From the NCBI GenBank assembly GCA_000987045.1, contig LAKY01000054.1, forward strand, positions 14,098 to 78,097: DNA of 64,000 nt, written 5' to 3'. Shown piece by piece: positions 1 to 9,690 of this stretch. The position numbers and the translations under genes are program-made. Position 1 is the stretch's first letter. Each line of letters starts with the position of its first letter. The notes under the pieces were generated by a model, which saw only the letters and a program-made list of their open reading frames with translations, did not search any database and was not told the DNA's origin. Source of the stretch: Clostridiales bacterium PH28_bin88. GTDB lineage: Bacteria; Bacillota; PH28-bin88.

Positions 1-2
1 GG

Positions 3-854
3 GAAGGAGAGACGATTGGTCTCGTGGGAGAGAGCGGTTGTGGGAAATCTACCCTGGGTAGAACCATTATCAGGTTGCATGAACCTTCCTCAGGTCATAT
101 ATTTTTTGAGGATCAGGATATCAGTATGTATAAGAGCGGAGAATTGATGAAATTCCGGCAGGAGGCCCAGATTATTTTTCAAAACCCTTATTCTTCTTTG
201 AACCCTCGAAAGACAGTTCGAGAAATATTGTCCGTACCACTAGCCAAAAGGGGGGTGCACAACCTTCGGGATCGCGAAGAGGAGATAAAATTCTTGCTGC
301 ACCGGGTGGGACTGGCGGAAAGGCATATTGATCGTTACCCCCACCAGTTTAGTGGGGGTCAACGCCAACGAATTGGTATCGCGAGAGCACTTGCTATGAA
401 GCCGAGGTTCGTGGTTGCGGATGAGCCGGTATCGGCGCTGGACGTGTCTGTGCAGGCTCAAATTATCAACTTGCTGGCAGAGTTGCAGCAGGAATACCAA
501 CTTACTTACCTTTTTGTAGCCCACGACCTGAGTGTTGTTTTTCATGTCAGCGACCGGGTAGCAGTGATGTATTTAGGCAAGATAGTTGAGGTGGCGGAAA
601 CAGCTAAACTTTTCGAACGGCCACTTCACCCGTATACTCAGGCTCTACTTTCAGCAATCCCAGTGGTAGAGCGGGGATCCCGTAAAGAACGGATTATCTT
701 GAGTGGTACAGTCCCCAGCCCCATCGATCCTCCTAAAGGCTGTAGGTTTCATACCCGGTGCTTTATGAAAAAAGGGCAGGTTTGCGAAACCCAAGAACCA
801 TCCTTGGCTGATGCAGGTTCGAGCCACCGGGTGGCCTGCCATCTCTATATGTGA
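3..854 (+). CDS. Oligopeptide/dipeptide ABC transporter ATP-binding subunit (OppF/DppF-like), 5' end outside window
   Basis: Walker A GESGCGKS, signature FSGGQRQR, Walker B VVADEP, C-terminal HPYT...GCRFHTRC...VACH domain. Confidence 0.92.
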   Translation, partial: EGETIGLVGESGCGKSTLGRTIIRLHEPSSGHIFFEDQDISMYKSGELMKFRQEAQIIFQNPYSSLNPRKTVREILSVPLAKRGVHNLRDREEEIKFLLHRVGLAERHIDRYPHQFSGGQRQRIGIARALAMKPRFVVADEPVSALDVSVQAQIINLLAELQQEYQLTYLFVAHDLSVVFHVSDRVAVMYLGKIVEVAETAKLFERPLHPYTQALLSAIPVVERGSRKERIILSGTVPSPIDPPKGCRFHTRCFMKKGQVCETQEPSLADAGSSHRVACHLYM

Positions 855-1046
855 TGTGATTAGTGTAGCGACTTATGAAAAACGTCTCTTTAAACCCAAG
901 TTTCGCATGCCAAAAGCAACTAATTACCAGAAGATGCCTATAAAAGTTTTTGATGACGATGATGAGAAAATTTGAAGACCATAACGGGATGATTTTTGCG
1001 TAATATGTCGAACTTCATTGGTAATCAGTAGAGTTGCATAAACCAA

Positions 1047-2044
1047 GATGACTATCAAGTTGTATCAGGAAATCCTTCCCTCAACCGAACGTATGTGCTA
1101 TAATCGACTTAGAACATACGTTCGAGGAGGATGAGCCCCGTGGCCCAAAGAGAACCTATCAGCTTTATGGAGTTCCAACAGCGTTTCGTTAATGAAGAAG
1201 CCTGTTACCAGTACCTGTTCGACATGCGGTGGCCAGAGGGCTTCTGTTGCCCGCGTTGTGGCCACAAAGGGTATTATTTTGTCTCGAAGCGCCGCATCTA
1301 CCAATGCAAGTCGTGTAGTTATCAGGCTTCTCTCACTGCTGGAACTGTTTTTCACAAGACTCATACCGCACTGCAAAAATGGTTTTGGGCCATATTTCTG
1401 GTGGCAACTGATAAGAGAGGATACTCGGCCCTCGCCTTGATGAAAATCATTGATGTTAGTTATCCCACTGCCTGGCTTATGCTGCAAAAGATTAGGGCTG
1501 CCATGTCTGAGCGCGATCAGATGTATCAGTTATCCGGCCTTATCCAGTTGGACGAAGCTTTTTTCGGCGGTCCAGATGGCAAGCAAGGCCGGGGAACAGA
1601 TAAGATGGCTGCATACGTGGCGGTTTCAACCACCGACGAGGGGAAACCCCTATACGCCAAAATAGAAGTAACTGAGCGCGTCAATAAGGAAACAGCTCTT
1701 GACTTCGTCACTCGTACTGTATCGCCGGGAAGTACTATTACCACCGACGGACTAAATGTATACCCCCAGCTAAAGGCCACAAGTTATGTGCACGACCGGG
1801 TTTTATCCTCTGAAGCAGAAGCTGATGAAAAACTGCGTTGGGTGCATACTCTGGTGTCCAACGCCAAGGCCTTTATAGCCGGTACGTATCATGGGCGTGA
1901 CAAGAAACACTTACAGGCCTATCTGGATGAGTTTTGTTACCGTTTTAACCGCCGGGCATGGCAACCGCAGCTCTTTGGTCGTCTTTTGTCCGCATGCATG
2001 AATGGCCCAATTGTCACTTATGCGGATCTAACTTTATAGTCATC
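1047..2044 (+). mobile_element. IS1595-family insertion sequence
   Basis: Imperfect IRs GATGACTATCAAGTT... / ...AACTTTATAGTCATC; 8-bp direct repeat TAAACCAA at 1039-1046 and 2045-2052. Confidence 0.9.
1140..2039 (+). CDS. IS1595-family transposase
   Basis: Zn ribbon CPRC...CKSC, IQLDEAFFGG, TITTDG, YLDEFCYRFNRR motifs; RBS AGGAGG upstream (start at 1131 or 1140). Confidence 0.92.
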   Translation: MAQREPISFMEFQQRFVNEEACYQYLFDMRWPEGFCCPRCGHKGYYFVSKRRIYQCKSCSYQASLTAGTVFHKTHTALQKWFWAIFLVATDKRGYSALALMKIIDVSYPTAWLMLQKIRAAMSERDQMYQLSGLIQLDEAFFGGPDGKQGRGTDKMAAYVAVSTTDEGKPLYAKIEVTERVNKETALDFVTRTVSPGSTITTDGLNVYPQLKATSYVHDRVLSSEAEADEKLRWVHTLVSNAKAFIAGTYHGRDKKHLQAYLDEFCYRFNRRAWQPQLFGRLLSACMNGPIVTYADLTL

Positions 2045-2181
2045 TAAACCAAAATTCACTTTGTCAACCGCCAAAATGGCTAGAAAACGGTAGAAAAATC
2101 CTGCCATTGCAAGAAAACACCCCTTATAATAGAGACAGAGGGTAGTCCTTGCCCGAATCTCTAAAATAAGGGAGATGAAAA

Positions 2182-3430
2182 ATGCAAGGCAAGGATACCA
2201 CAACATCCACATTTCATCAACTATTTGGACCGGTTTGTAGTGATTTCGGCAGCAAGTCGAACAAATGGGGGTCGATAAATACGCCAAGAAATTGTACGCC
2301 ATGCAACTTATTGAACTTATGGCCCATGCTCAGTTGGAACAGCAGCACGGTTTCCGGGATATCAGCAATAGCCTAAACGACGATCAAGTCAGCCAAGCAA
2401 TCGGCCTTGACTCCATCAGCGCCTCCCAGCTTTCCCGCAGGCTACGGGAACTGCCGTCAGAGTTACTCCAGATGCTGTTCAATGACGTAAAAGCTCAAGC
2501 CGGTAAAGAAATCGGAGTTGATATTGTTAGCCAAGGATTAGGCCGCCTACGCCTGATTGATTCCTCTACCATCACCCTCTGCCTCTCCAAGTACTGTTGG
2601 GTTGAGTTTAGAAAGACCAAAGGCGGCATCAAGATCCACTTGGGCCTGAGATTTTTTGAACAAGGGGTATTGCCTGACGACGTTGTAGTCACCCCTGCCA
2701 GGCCAGCCGACAAAACCCAGATGGACGCTTTAGTAGTTGAGTAAGAAGATGCTTTAAACGTCTTCGACCGGGGGTACGTGGACTACAAGAAGTTTGACGA
2801 GTACTGCCAAAAAGGCATCCGGTTTGTTACCCGGTTAAAGAGTAATGCCGTCATTGAAGTAGTGGCGGACCTTCCCGTAGACCCCCATGGCCCTATTAAG
2901 AAACACCAGATTGTTTACCTGGGCACAAAAGGCGTCAACAAGATGCAGCACCCCTTGCGGCTGGTGGAAACCGAAGATACCCAGGGCAATGCGGTAATCA
3001 TCATCACCAACGACTTTAAACTTTCAGCCGAAGAAATCAGCATCGTCTACCGGTACCGCTGGCAAATCGAACTCTTCTTCAAGTGGATCAAACAACACCT
3101 GGGGGTAAAACACTTTTACGGGACCAGTGAGCAGGCAGTAGAAAACCAGATATTCATAGCGCTCATCACCTACTGTCTGGTCTGTTGATGCTGGTAAAAC
3201 TGAAAGCGGGCTACAAGGGACCTTTACTGACAATCAAAAGACTGATCCATACCTGCCTTAACGAACCGTTCTCCTTCTTCGTCCGGAAGCTGTACCGAAA
3301 ACCCCAACGAAGCTCAAAAGGCCGGCGAAAGATAGACCATGAAGCGATCTATCAAGCAACCGTAAGGCAGGTGATGGTAGGCGAGACAGAGCATTTAAAT
3401 GATCTGTCCTACGACCCGTTAATACTGTAA
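2182..3430 (+). pseudogene. IS4-family transposase pseudogene
   Basis: Fragments 2182-, 2265-2744, 2745-3188, 3185-3430; IDSSTI, FDRGY and YRYRWQIELFFKWIKQ (Y-R-E-K) motifs; two frameshifts plus in-frame TAA at 2742. Confidence 0.9.
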
Positions 3431-3693
3431 TCAATCAGATATGTGGCAAAATGTGGATGAGGACTACCCGTTAAGTGGTCAGTCCCTTTGACATAAGAGC
3501 GAGAAAACCGAGTGGGTGTATACACCATATATGTTGTAATAGTACAGTACTGGGGATTCAGCTCATCTACTAGTAATTGGTAAATTAGTTTTATGCAACG
3601 CTACTGATTGGTAATATACCAATGAGGTGAGACAACCATGAATTTACAAGCAATCCTTGAGAAACTGGATCAGCTTCCACCACTTAGAGAAAA

Positions 3694-5046
3694 ATGATGA
3701 AAGGAGAGATTGCGTTGCAACAAGATGCGATGGAGGAAAAATACCGCCAAAAGTTTCCTCGTTCCAGGGAATTATATGAGGCCGCCAAAAAAATGATACC
3801 TGATGGAATCACCCATGATATTCGTTACTCTGAGCCTTTCCCGGTATACATTACCCATGGCGCCGGGGCTCACAAATGGGACGTGGACGGGAACGAGTAC
3901 ATCGATTACTTCGGGGGCCACGGAGCCCTCCTGTTGGGGCATCAACATCCCCAGGTGGTAGAGGCGGTGGCGGACCAGGCCCGGAAAGGCACGCATTTCG
4001 GAGCCTGTCATCCCCTGGAAGTAGAATGGGCCCGGCTGGTTATAAGCTTGGTTCCCGGAGCCGACCTTGTGCGTTTTACCTCTTCGGGAACCGAGGCCAC
4101 GCTGCTGGCGTTGCGGTTAGCCCGGGCCTTTACTGGAAGGGAAAGGGTAGTTAAGCTGGACGCCCATTTCCATGGATGGCACGATACGGTGGTGCCGGGC
4201 AGTGTTTCTGCGCGTTCTCCGGGTGTTCCCCGGAGTACTCTGGAGTGCGTCAAGCTTTGCCCGCCGAACGATGTTCAGGCCTTAGAGGCTGCCCTGGCTG
4301 AACAGCCTACTGCGGCGATTATTCTGGAGCCCAGCGGGGCCAGCTTCGGTCGGGTGCCCGTAAGGCCGGGCTTTCTGGCGGAAGTCCGTGAACTGGGTAC
4401 AAGATTTGGGGCTGTGCTGATCTTCGACGAGGTGATTACCGGATTCCGGCTTGCTCCCGGTGGAGCCCAGGAATATTACGGTGTTAACGCCGATTTGGTG
4501 ACAATGGGGAAAATTGTGTCGGGCGGTCTGCCGGGGGGAGCGGTGGCCGGCAGGGGAGACATTATGGGGCTGTTGGAGATGAAGCGAGGCCTTGGGAAGG
4601 TCTCTCATCCTGGAACGTTTAATGGAAATCCTTTGTCTGCGGCAGCGGGCGTGGCGGCCCTGCGGATAATCGCGACCGGAGAGCCGATTGCCGCTGCCAA
4701 TGCGAAAACCGCCGCCCTGATCAAAGGGTTTAACCGGGTGATCGCTGCTAAAGGAATTGACTGGTGCGCCTATGGCCATGCTTCCATTTTCCAGATCGCC
4801 ATGAACTGCGATTGCGCAAAGAAGAGCGACTGTGTTAGGACGGTTTGCACCTACGACTGGCAGAAACTCCGGAACCACGATCGGCCGAAGGAGCTAAAGC
4901 TACGGCGGAATATGCTGCTTAACGGTGTCGATTTCGTGGGGAGCGGGGGCTGGGTATCGGCGGTGCATAGTGACCTGGATATCGAGGAAACCATAGCGGC
5001 CTTCGAACGATCGGTGGAACAGATGTATACTAGCGAAGCAAACTAA
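3694..5046 (+). CDS. Class III PLP aminotransferase (GSA-aminomutase-like)
   Basis: SSGTEA, FHGWHD, FDEVITGFR, MGKIVSGG, GTFNGNP motifs. Confidence 0.85.
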   Translation: MMKGEIALQQDAMEEKYRQKFPRSRELYEAAKKMIPDGITHDIRYSEPFPVYITHGAGAHKWDVDGNEYIDYFGGHGALLLGHQHPQVVEAVADQARKGTHFGACHPLEVEWARLVISLVPGADLVRFTSSGTEATLLALRLARAFTGRERVVKLDAHFHGWHDTVVPGSVSARSPGVPRSTLECVKLCPPNDVQALEAALAEQPTAAIILEPSGASFGRVPVRPGFLAEVRELGTRFGAVLIFDEVITGFRLAPGGAQEYYGVNADLVTMGKIVSGGLPGGAVAGRGDIMGLLEMKRGLGKVSHPGTFNGNPLSAAAGVAALRIIATGEPIAAANAKTAALIKGFNRVIAAKGIDWCAYGHASIFQIAMNCDCAKKSDCVRTVCTYDWQKLRNHDRPKELKLRRNMLLNGVDFVGSGGWVSAVHSDLDIEETIAAFERSVEQMYTSEAN

Positions 5047-5179
5047 CTTACATTATCATATAACTGGAAATTGAGTGTCATAAGAGAATCTATCGCTTCA
5101 TTGTAATTGTCCTTTATGTTGTTAATTGATACGCCACGTAATTGCGCCTCATGTGGTATTTTAACTCTTTCAAGGCCTG

Positions 5180-5290
5180 TTGTCGTAAAGCGGCGCCGAT
5201 CCCAGCAAAAGCCGATGCAGAGAAGCAGAAACTATTTATGGATCAAGAATTGAACCCTCGGATCGAGGAGGCAAAGCAGAGGAAACGGCT
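5180..5290 (+). pseudogene. IS630-family transposase remnant
   Basis: RKAAPIPAKADAEKQKLFMDQELNPRIEEAKQRKR resembles the segment just before the first catalytic Asp of IS630 transposases. Confidence 0.55.
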
Positions 5291-5406
5291 ATCTTTGGTG
5301 ATCCCATGCTTACCGCGGCCTTAAGGCAGGACCCGCAGCGTGGTTCCGGGAGAGATTGTATAGAAAATGAGAAACCCGGTTGATAACAACCGGGTTAAAC
5401 TCTGCT

Positions 5407-6204
5407 CTAGTGTTGGGGCTGTTGCCAGTCGGGGTTGTTCCGCGTATGGTCCATGGCCGGACCAGGGCCGGTTTCCCGCGGGCCATGGGGGTCGGGGTCG
5501 GGTCCGTACTGGGGCTGACTGCCATATTGCCGGTGGGGGTCATTTTCATAAACGAAGTCATTTCCCTGGTTCCAGGGGCCACGGGCATTTCCCGCACCCA
5601 CGGACAGATCCATGTACTTCTTGGAGAAGTCCGAGTCGCGGAAGTCTTTCATAACCCCGGTTCCTTCAGGCAGCCAGTTCAGTGCCTGGCTGAAAGAGGT
5701 AGCATGAGATTCCTCCCGGCTCAGCAGGAAACGAATCATATCACGGACTCCCGGGTCATCGGTCTGCTGCAAAAGGCGCTCGTAGACTAATTTGGCCCGC
5801 ATCTCGGCGGCAACGTTGGATCGGAGGTCGGTCCACAGGTCGCCGTTGGAGTTTATATAGCTGGCGTTCCAGGGGATGCCGGCGCTGTCTACCAACATGG
5901 GCCCGCCGCCTTCCACAAACATGCTGAGGGCAGGATAGTCTTTGGGTACACTGGACAGGTTGCCCAGGAGCAGGGCAATGCATTCTCCCACCATTTCAAA
6001 GTGACTGAATTCCTCAGCGGCGATATCCTGCATCAGGTCGCGGATCCTCGGATCATTGCAGGCGAAGCTCTGGATCAGGTACTGCATTCCCGCCTTCAAT
6101 TCCCCATTGGGTCCTCCAAACTGTTGCAGCAGGAGCACCGCGAACCGGGGGTCAGGCTGACTGACGCGCACATGATACTCGGTCTCCTTAATGTGTCTGA
6201 ACAA
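5407..6204 (-). CDS. Manganese catalase family protein
   Basis: GGPNGEL, DIAAEEFSHFE, NVAAEMRA, LLSREESH di-Mn ligand pattern. Confidence 0.9.
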   Translation of the reverse strand: MFRHIKETEYHVRVSQPDPRFAVLLLQQFGGPNGELKAGMQYLIQSFACNDPRIRDLMQDIAAEEFSHFEMVGECIALLLGNLSSVPKDYPALSMFVEGGGPMLVDSAGIPWNASYINSNGDLWTDLRSNVAAEMRAKLVYERLLQQTDDPGVRDMIRFLLSREESHATSFSQALNWLPEGTGVMKDFRDSDFSKKYMDLSVGAGNARGPWNQGNDFVYENDPHRQYGSQPQYGPDPDPHGPRETGPGPAMDHTRNNPDWQQPQH

Positions 6205-6405
6205 GCGTCTTCACTCCTCTAAATGGGATTAACGGAAATAGTTTGTACCAAATCCCTTTGAAGGCATGCAGAAAAATGGATGGTAATATATGCCTGTAGC
6301 CAGATCCCAATCGTCTCTTTAACCAGGCAAGATGCAATAGGTCCAGTAACCGGTCGGAAAGGCTGGTTTTTTCTCCCGTAACCACTATGCTGGTCTTTTG
6401 TGTAC

Positions 6406-6488
6406 CATCAGAAAGTATAATTTCGGTGGCAAGTGCAACTAAGGCTTCCGCCTGCGCCAAAGGCTTGGCGCAAACCAAGTTTTCTTTA
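6406..6488. repeat. Short modular palindromic repeat, same family as 41985-42217
   Basis: ATCAGAAAGTATAA, AAGTGCAACTA, GGCTTCCGC, CCTGCGCCAAAGGCTTG and CAAGTTTTCTTTA modules are shared with the 42 kb cluster. Confidence 0.8.
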
Positions 6489-7698
6489 CCTTTTCTCCGC
6501 TTGTGACCAGTTGCCGTTGATCAATTGACCACCAGGCCGCTGCGGCGGAAAATCCCGCTAACACCGCCCCGGCCGCCAGCATGGGGGTTTTTCCTACGGT
6601 TAAGAGCAGGCTGAAGGATGGTGGCCCCAGGGCTACTCCAAAAAACCGGACACTGCCGTAAAGGGCAGTGATGCCGGCTCGTTCCTCCAACGGGACCGAA
6701 CTGGTGACAAGGGTGTTTACCGCCGGTAAAACCAGCCCGGTCCCCAACCCGATCAGCGAGACTCCTATAAAAAAGATCCAATCGCGAGGGATCACGGACA
6801 CCACTGACATCGCCCCGGCGATAACCAGCAGACCGGTAAGCACGAAGGGCTTCAACAGGTGGTTGCGCCGCTGCAGGAAGCGACCGGAAAGGTATGAGGT
6901 GGCAGACATGGCCAGCACCGGTACAGACAGGGCGAGTCCTTTGGTCACCCCTACCAGGTGGTACCGGGTTTCCAGGACATCAGAAAGGAAGGAAAGGATG
7001 CCGAACAAAATCAGGAGCACTGTGCTTCCGGCCAGGTAACAGCCGGCGAGAGACTTACCCTTGCGCCGGAAAATCCCCCTGATTACCTTCAGGTAATTTG
7101 CCAGGGAGCGGTCCTGAGTTTTCAGCGGGGGTTCTTTGATCAACAACCAGACAGCCAGGGCTACGGGGAGAGCAAGAAAGGCATAGACAAAAAACAATGC
7201 GTACCAGATAATCAGAGCGATTAATGAACCTAAAATAGGACTTATCACCTTACCCATGCCATTTGCCGCTTCAATGATGCCAAGGGCCTTACTCCTTTCC
7301 TGTTGCTGAAAAATGTCGCTGACCAGAGCCATGGCGATAGGGGCGGTACCAGCGGCGCCGATGCCCTGAATGACACGGCCCACCAGGAGTACATAGTAGG
7401 GCGAGGGCAGCAGCCATGCCGCCAGGCCGGAAACCAGCCCTCCCAGGCCGTATGTTATCAGGGCTGGGACGATGATCTTCTTCCGGCCGATTTTGTCGGC
7501 CAGGAACCCCAGGATCGGGATGCTTAGACCGGCGGGTAGGGAGAATAATGTGATGGTGAGTCCTACCTGCAGTTGGGAGACATGAAGCGCTTTCTGCATT
7601 TGCGGGAAGACAGGAATTAGCATGGAGTTGCCCAGTACCATCACCAGAGGGACGCCGCTTAAAGCAACCAGTTTTAACGTGCTGCTTTGTTTCTTCAC
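6439..7698 (-). CDS. MFS transporter (drug:H+ antiporter-like)
   Basis: About 12 hydrophobic segments; motif A GFLADKIGRK; GRVIQGIG. Confidence 0.88.
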   Translation of the reverse strand: MKKQSSTLKLVALSGVPLVMVLGNSMLIPVFPQMQKALHVSQLQVGLTITLFSLPAGLSIPILGFLADKIGRKKIIVPALITYGLGGLVSGLAAWLLPSPYYVLLVGRVIQGIGAAGTAPIAMALVSDIFQQQERSKALGIIEAANGMGKVISPILGSLIALIIWYALFFVYAFLALPVALAVWLLIKEPPLKTQDRSLANYLKVIRGIFRRKGKSLAGCYLAGSTVLLILFGILSFLSDVLETRYHLVGVTKGLALSVPVLAMSATSYLSGRFLQRRNHLLKPFVLTGLLVIAGAMSVVSVIPRDWIFFIGVSLIGLGTGLVLPAVNTLVTSSVPLEERAGITALYGSVRFFGVALGPPSFSLLLTVGKTPMLAAGAVLAGFSAAAAWWSIDQRQLVTSGEKVKKTWFAPSLWRRRKP

Positions 7699-7869
7699 GT
7701 TTAACTCCTTTGATCCTAATTGCCGAGCACCTTTTATTATGCCTGAAGCCGGGGCCAGCTAGCCGGCTGAAATCAAGGGAAAATGCCCCATTTAAATTCC
7801 TAACAAGTTATGTGCTTAACAAAGTTACCGTAACTACCAATTTTGCTTTACAAAAAAAAGAAACTTCCT

Positions 7870-7900
7870 GAAGGAGATCCGGAGTTAACGGCGAATATAT
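7870..7900 (+). promoter_or_regulatory. Putative SigH promoter
   Basis: AGGA(7872)-17 nt-GAAT(7893). Confidence 0.55.
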
Positions 7901-8106
7901 TCTTGCAGGATTTGTTTCACGTGTTAGCATGAAGTGGCAGAAAAATTGTGAATACAGCTGAATCCAAAAGAAAAAATTATCTTTCCGTTGACAGGTGGGT
8001 AACAGTATAAACTGGTATTCCCCGGGTAAGGGAGGTGAAAGGCGGCAGGGAGGGACAGCAGGTCGCGAGCAAAAAGAAATAAAATTTTCAAGGAGGTACG
8101 AAAAAA

Positions 8107-9123
8107 GTGAGTAAAGTTGGTAAGAAGAAACTGATCTGGATTATCGTTGGTGTTTTTCTCATGAGCGTAGCCCTGGCCGGTTGCGGTGGCGGGGGCAAGG
8201 AAGCCGGCGGTCAAAAAGAAGCTCCCAAGAAACTGGAACTTCTCTTCGCCACCGGTGGTACCGCGGGTACTTACTATCCCCTGGGTGGAGCCATAGCTCA
8301 GGTGTGGAACTCGAACTACGACAAGGTGAATGTGACTGTGCAAGCCAGCGGCGCTTCTGTGGAAAATATCCGCTTGCTGGACAGTAAAGATGCCGACCTG
8401 GCCCTGGCCATGAACAACATCGCCGACGACGCATATAAAGGCGTTGGTTCTTTCAAAGAAGGCGCCAAGAAGAACTTTTTAGCCGTGGGTGTGGTTTACC
8501 CTGAGATCATGCAGGGTTTTGTGGCTGCCGACAGTGACATACAAACCATCGCCGATCTGAAAGGAAAGAAAGTGGCAGTGGGTCCAACCGGCAGCGGTAC
8601 CGAGATCACTACCCACGCCATTGTACAGGCTTACGGGTTAGATTTTAAAGAGAAGAAAGACTTCGAACCCATCTATGCCACCTTTGCTGATGCTGTAGAC
8701 CAGTTCAAGGACGGCCATGTTGACGCAGCATGGAACGCACTGGCCGCACCTGCCTCCGCCATCGTAGACGTTACCACCACAAAGGCTATTCGTTTCCTGG
8801 AAATCACCGGGGCTGAACTGGAGAAACTGCAGAAAGACTTCCCCCTGGTAGCCCCGTATACAATCCCAGCCGGGACCTACAAGGGCGTTGATAAGGATGT
8901 TCAAACGGTTGCCCTCCAGGCTGCACTGTATGTCCGCGCTGACATGGACGAGGAAACCGTCTATAACTTGACCAAGATCATGTACGAAAAGAACACGGAC
9001 ATTGCCAAGGGCCATGATATGGGGAAACAGATTGTCATTGAAAGAGCACTGGCGGGAATCACCACCCCCATTCACCCGGGAGCGGCAAAGTACTATAAGG
9101 AAAAAGGCATCCAGCTTCCCTAA
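8107..9123 (+). CDS. TAXI-family TRAP transporter solute-binding lipoprotein
   Basis: Lipobox LAGC; ATGGTAGTYYPLG, SGASVEN, PIHPGA motifs. Confidence 0.93.
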   Translation: MSKVGKKKLIWIIVGVFLMSVALAGCGGGGKEAGGQKEAPKKLELLFATGGTAGTYYPLGGAIAQVWNSNYDKVNVTVQASGASVENIRLLDSKDADLALAMNNIADDAYKGVGSFKEGAKKNFLAVGVVYPEIMQGFVAADSDIQTIADLKGKKVAVGPTGSGTEITTHAIVQAYGLDFKEKKDFEPIYATFADAVDQFKDGHVDAAWNALAAPASAIVDVTTTKAIRFLEITGAELEKLQKDFPLVAPYTIPAGTYKGVDKDVQTVALQAALYVRADMDEETVYNLTKIMYEKNTDIAKGHDMGKQIVIERALAGITTPIHPGAAKYYKEKGIQLP

Positions 9124-9174
9124 TAATTAAGGGGTATCAAGGCCGGGTCTAAACAACCCGGCCTTACTAAAGTC

Positions 9175-9690
9175 ATGAAGAAGACACTATTGCTGTCATT
9201 GTTGGCTCTCGTAATATTGGCCAGTGCTTACCCCCTGACAGTGTTGGAGGTGGCGCGGGGACGTACCGGAGAGGTTCTTTACCAGTACCCGGTCCGGGTG
9301 GGTGAAGAGTTTAAGCTTATCTTTATTCATTCTGTGACTTTGCGGCCGGTTGAGGAGACCTACCGGGTCACTCCCGACCGGAAACTTGCCATCGTGGAAA
9401 TGGTTTTTGACGATAATGGGCCCAACCTGCCTGCTTACCCTGAAGGTGCTACCCGGTGGATCATTGAAGAAAACCGGTGGCGGGTGGTGGATTATGATAT
9501 TTTGTTGCAGGAAATTCCTTTACTGGTAGCCAAATATGTAGCCAACCACACACTGGTGATTAATGGTCACAAGGTCTCCCTGGTCAAGGTGGCCGGGCCG
9601 GGCCAAGACGTCAAGATTCGGGCTACCCGTATTTCACTGATAGAGTATGTTTGGAGAGGGTGTTCCACATGGCTAAACCGGAACAGATGA
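9175..9690 (+). CDS. DUF1850-like TAXI accessory protein
   Basis: FIHSV...VEETY motif; located between the TAXI SBP and the fused permease. Confidence 0.75.
   Translation: MKKTLLLSLLALVILASAYPLTVLEVARGRTGEVLYQYPVRVGEEFKLIFIHSVTLRPVEETYRVTPDRKLAIVEMVFDDNGPNLPAYPEGATRWIIEENRWRVVDYDILLQEIPLLVAKYVANHTLVINGHKVSLVKVAGPGQDVKIRATRISLIEYVWRGCSTWLNRNR

Larger units (their letters stand above)
1026..3606 (+). mobile_element. IS4-family insertion sequence (decayed), interrupted by an IS1595 element
   Basis: IRL CAGTAGAGTTGCATAAA (1026-1042), IRR TTTATGCAACGCTACTG (3590-3606), 16/17 match; 9-bp direct repeat ATTGGTAAT at 1017-1025 and 3607-3615. Confidence 0.88.

Noticed and set aside
859-1016. TGTAGCGACTTATGAA as a possible further IS end
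   Set aside because: No partner inverted repeat or transposase fragment found by eye.
7988-8013. TTGACA...TATAAA SigA promoter for the TAXI operon
   Set aside because: Spacer is only 12-14 nt.
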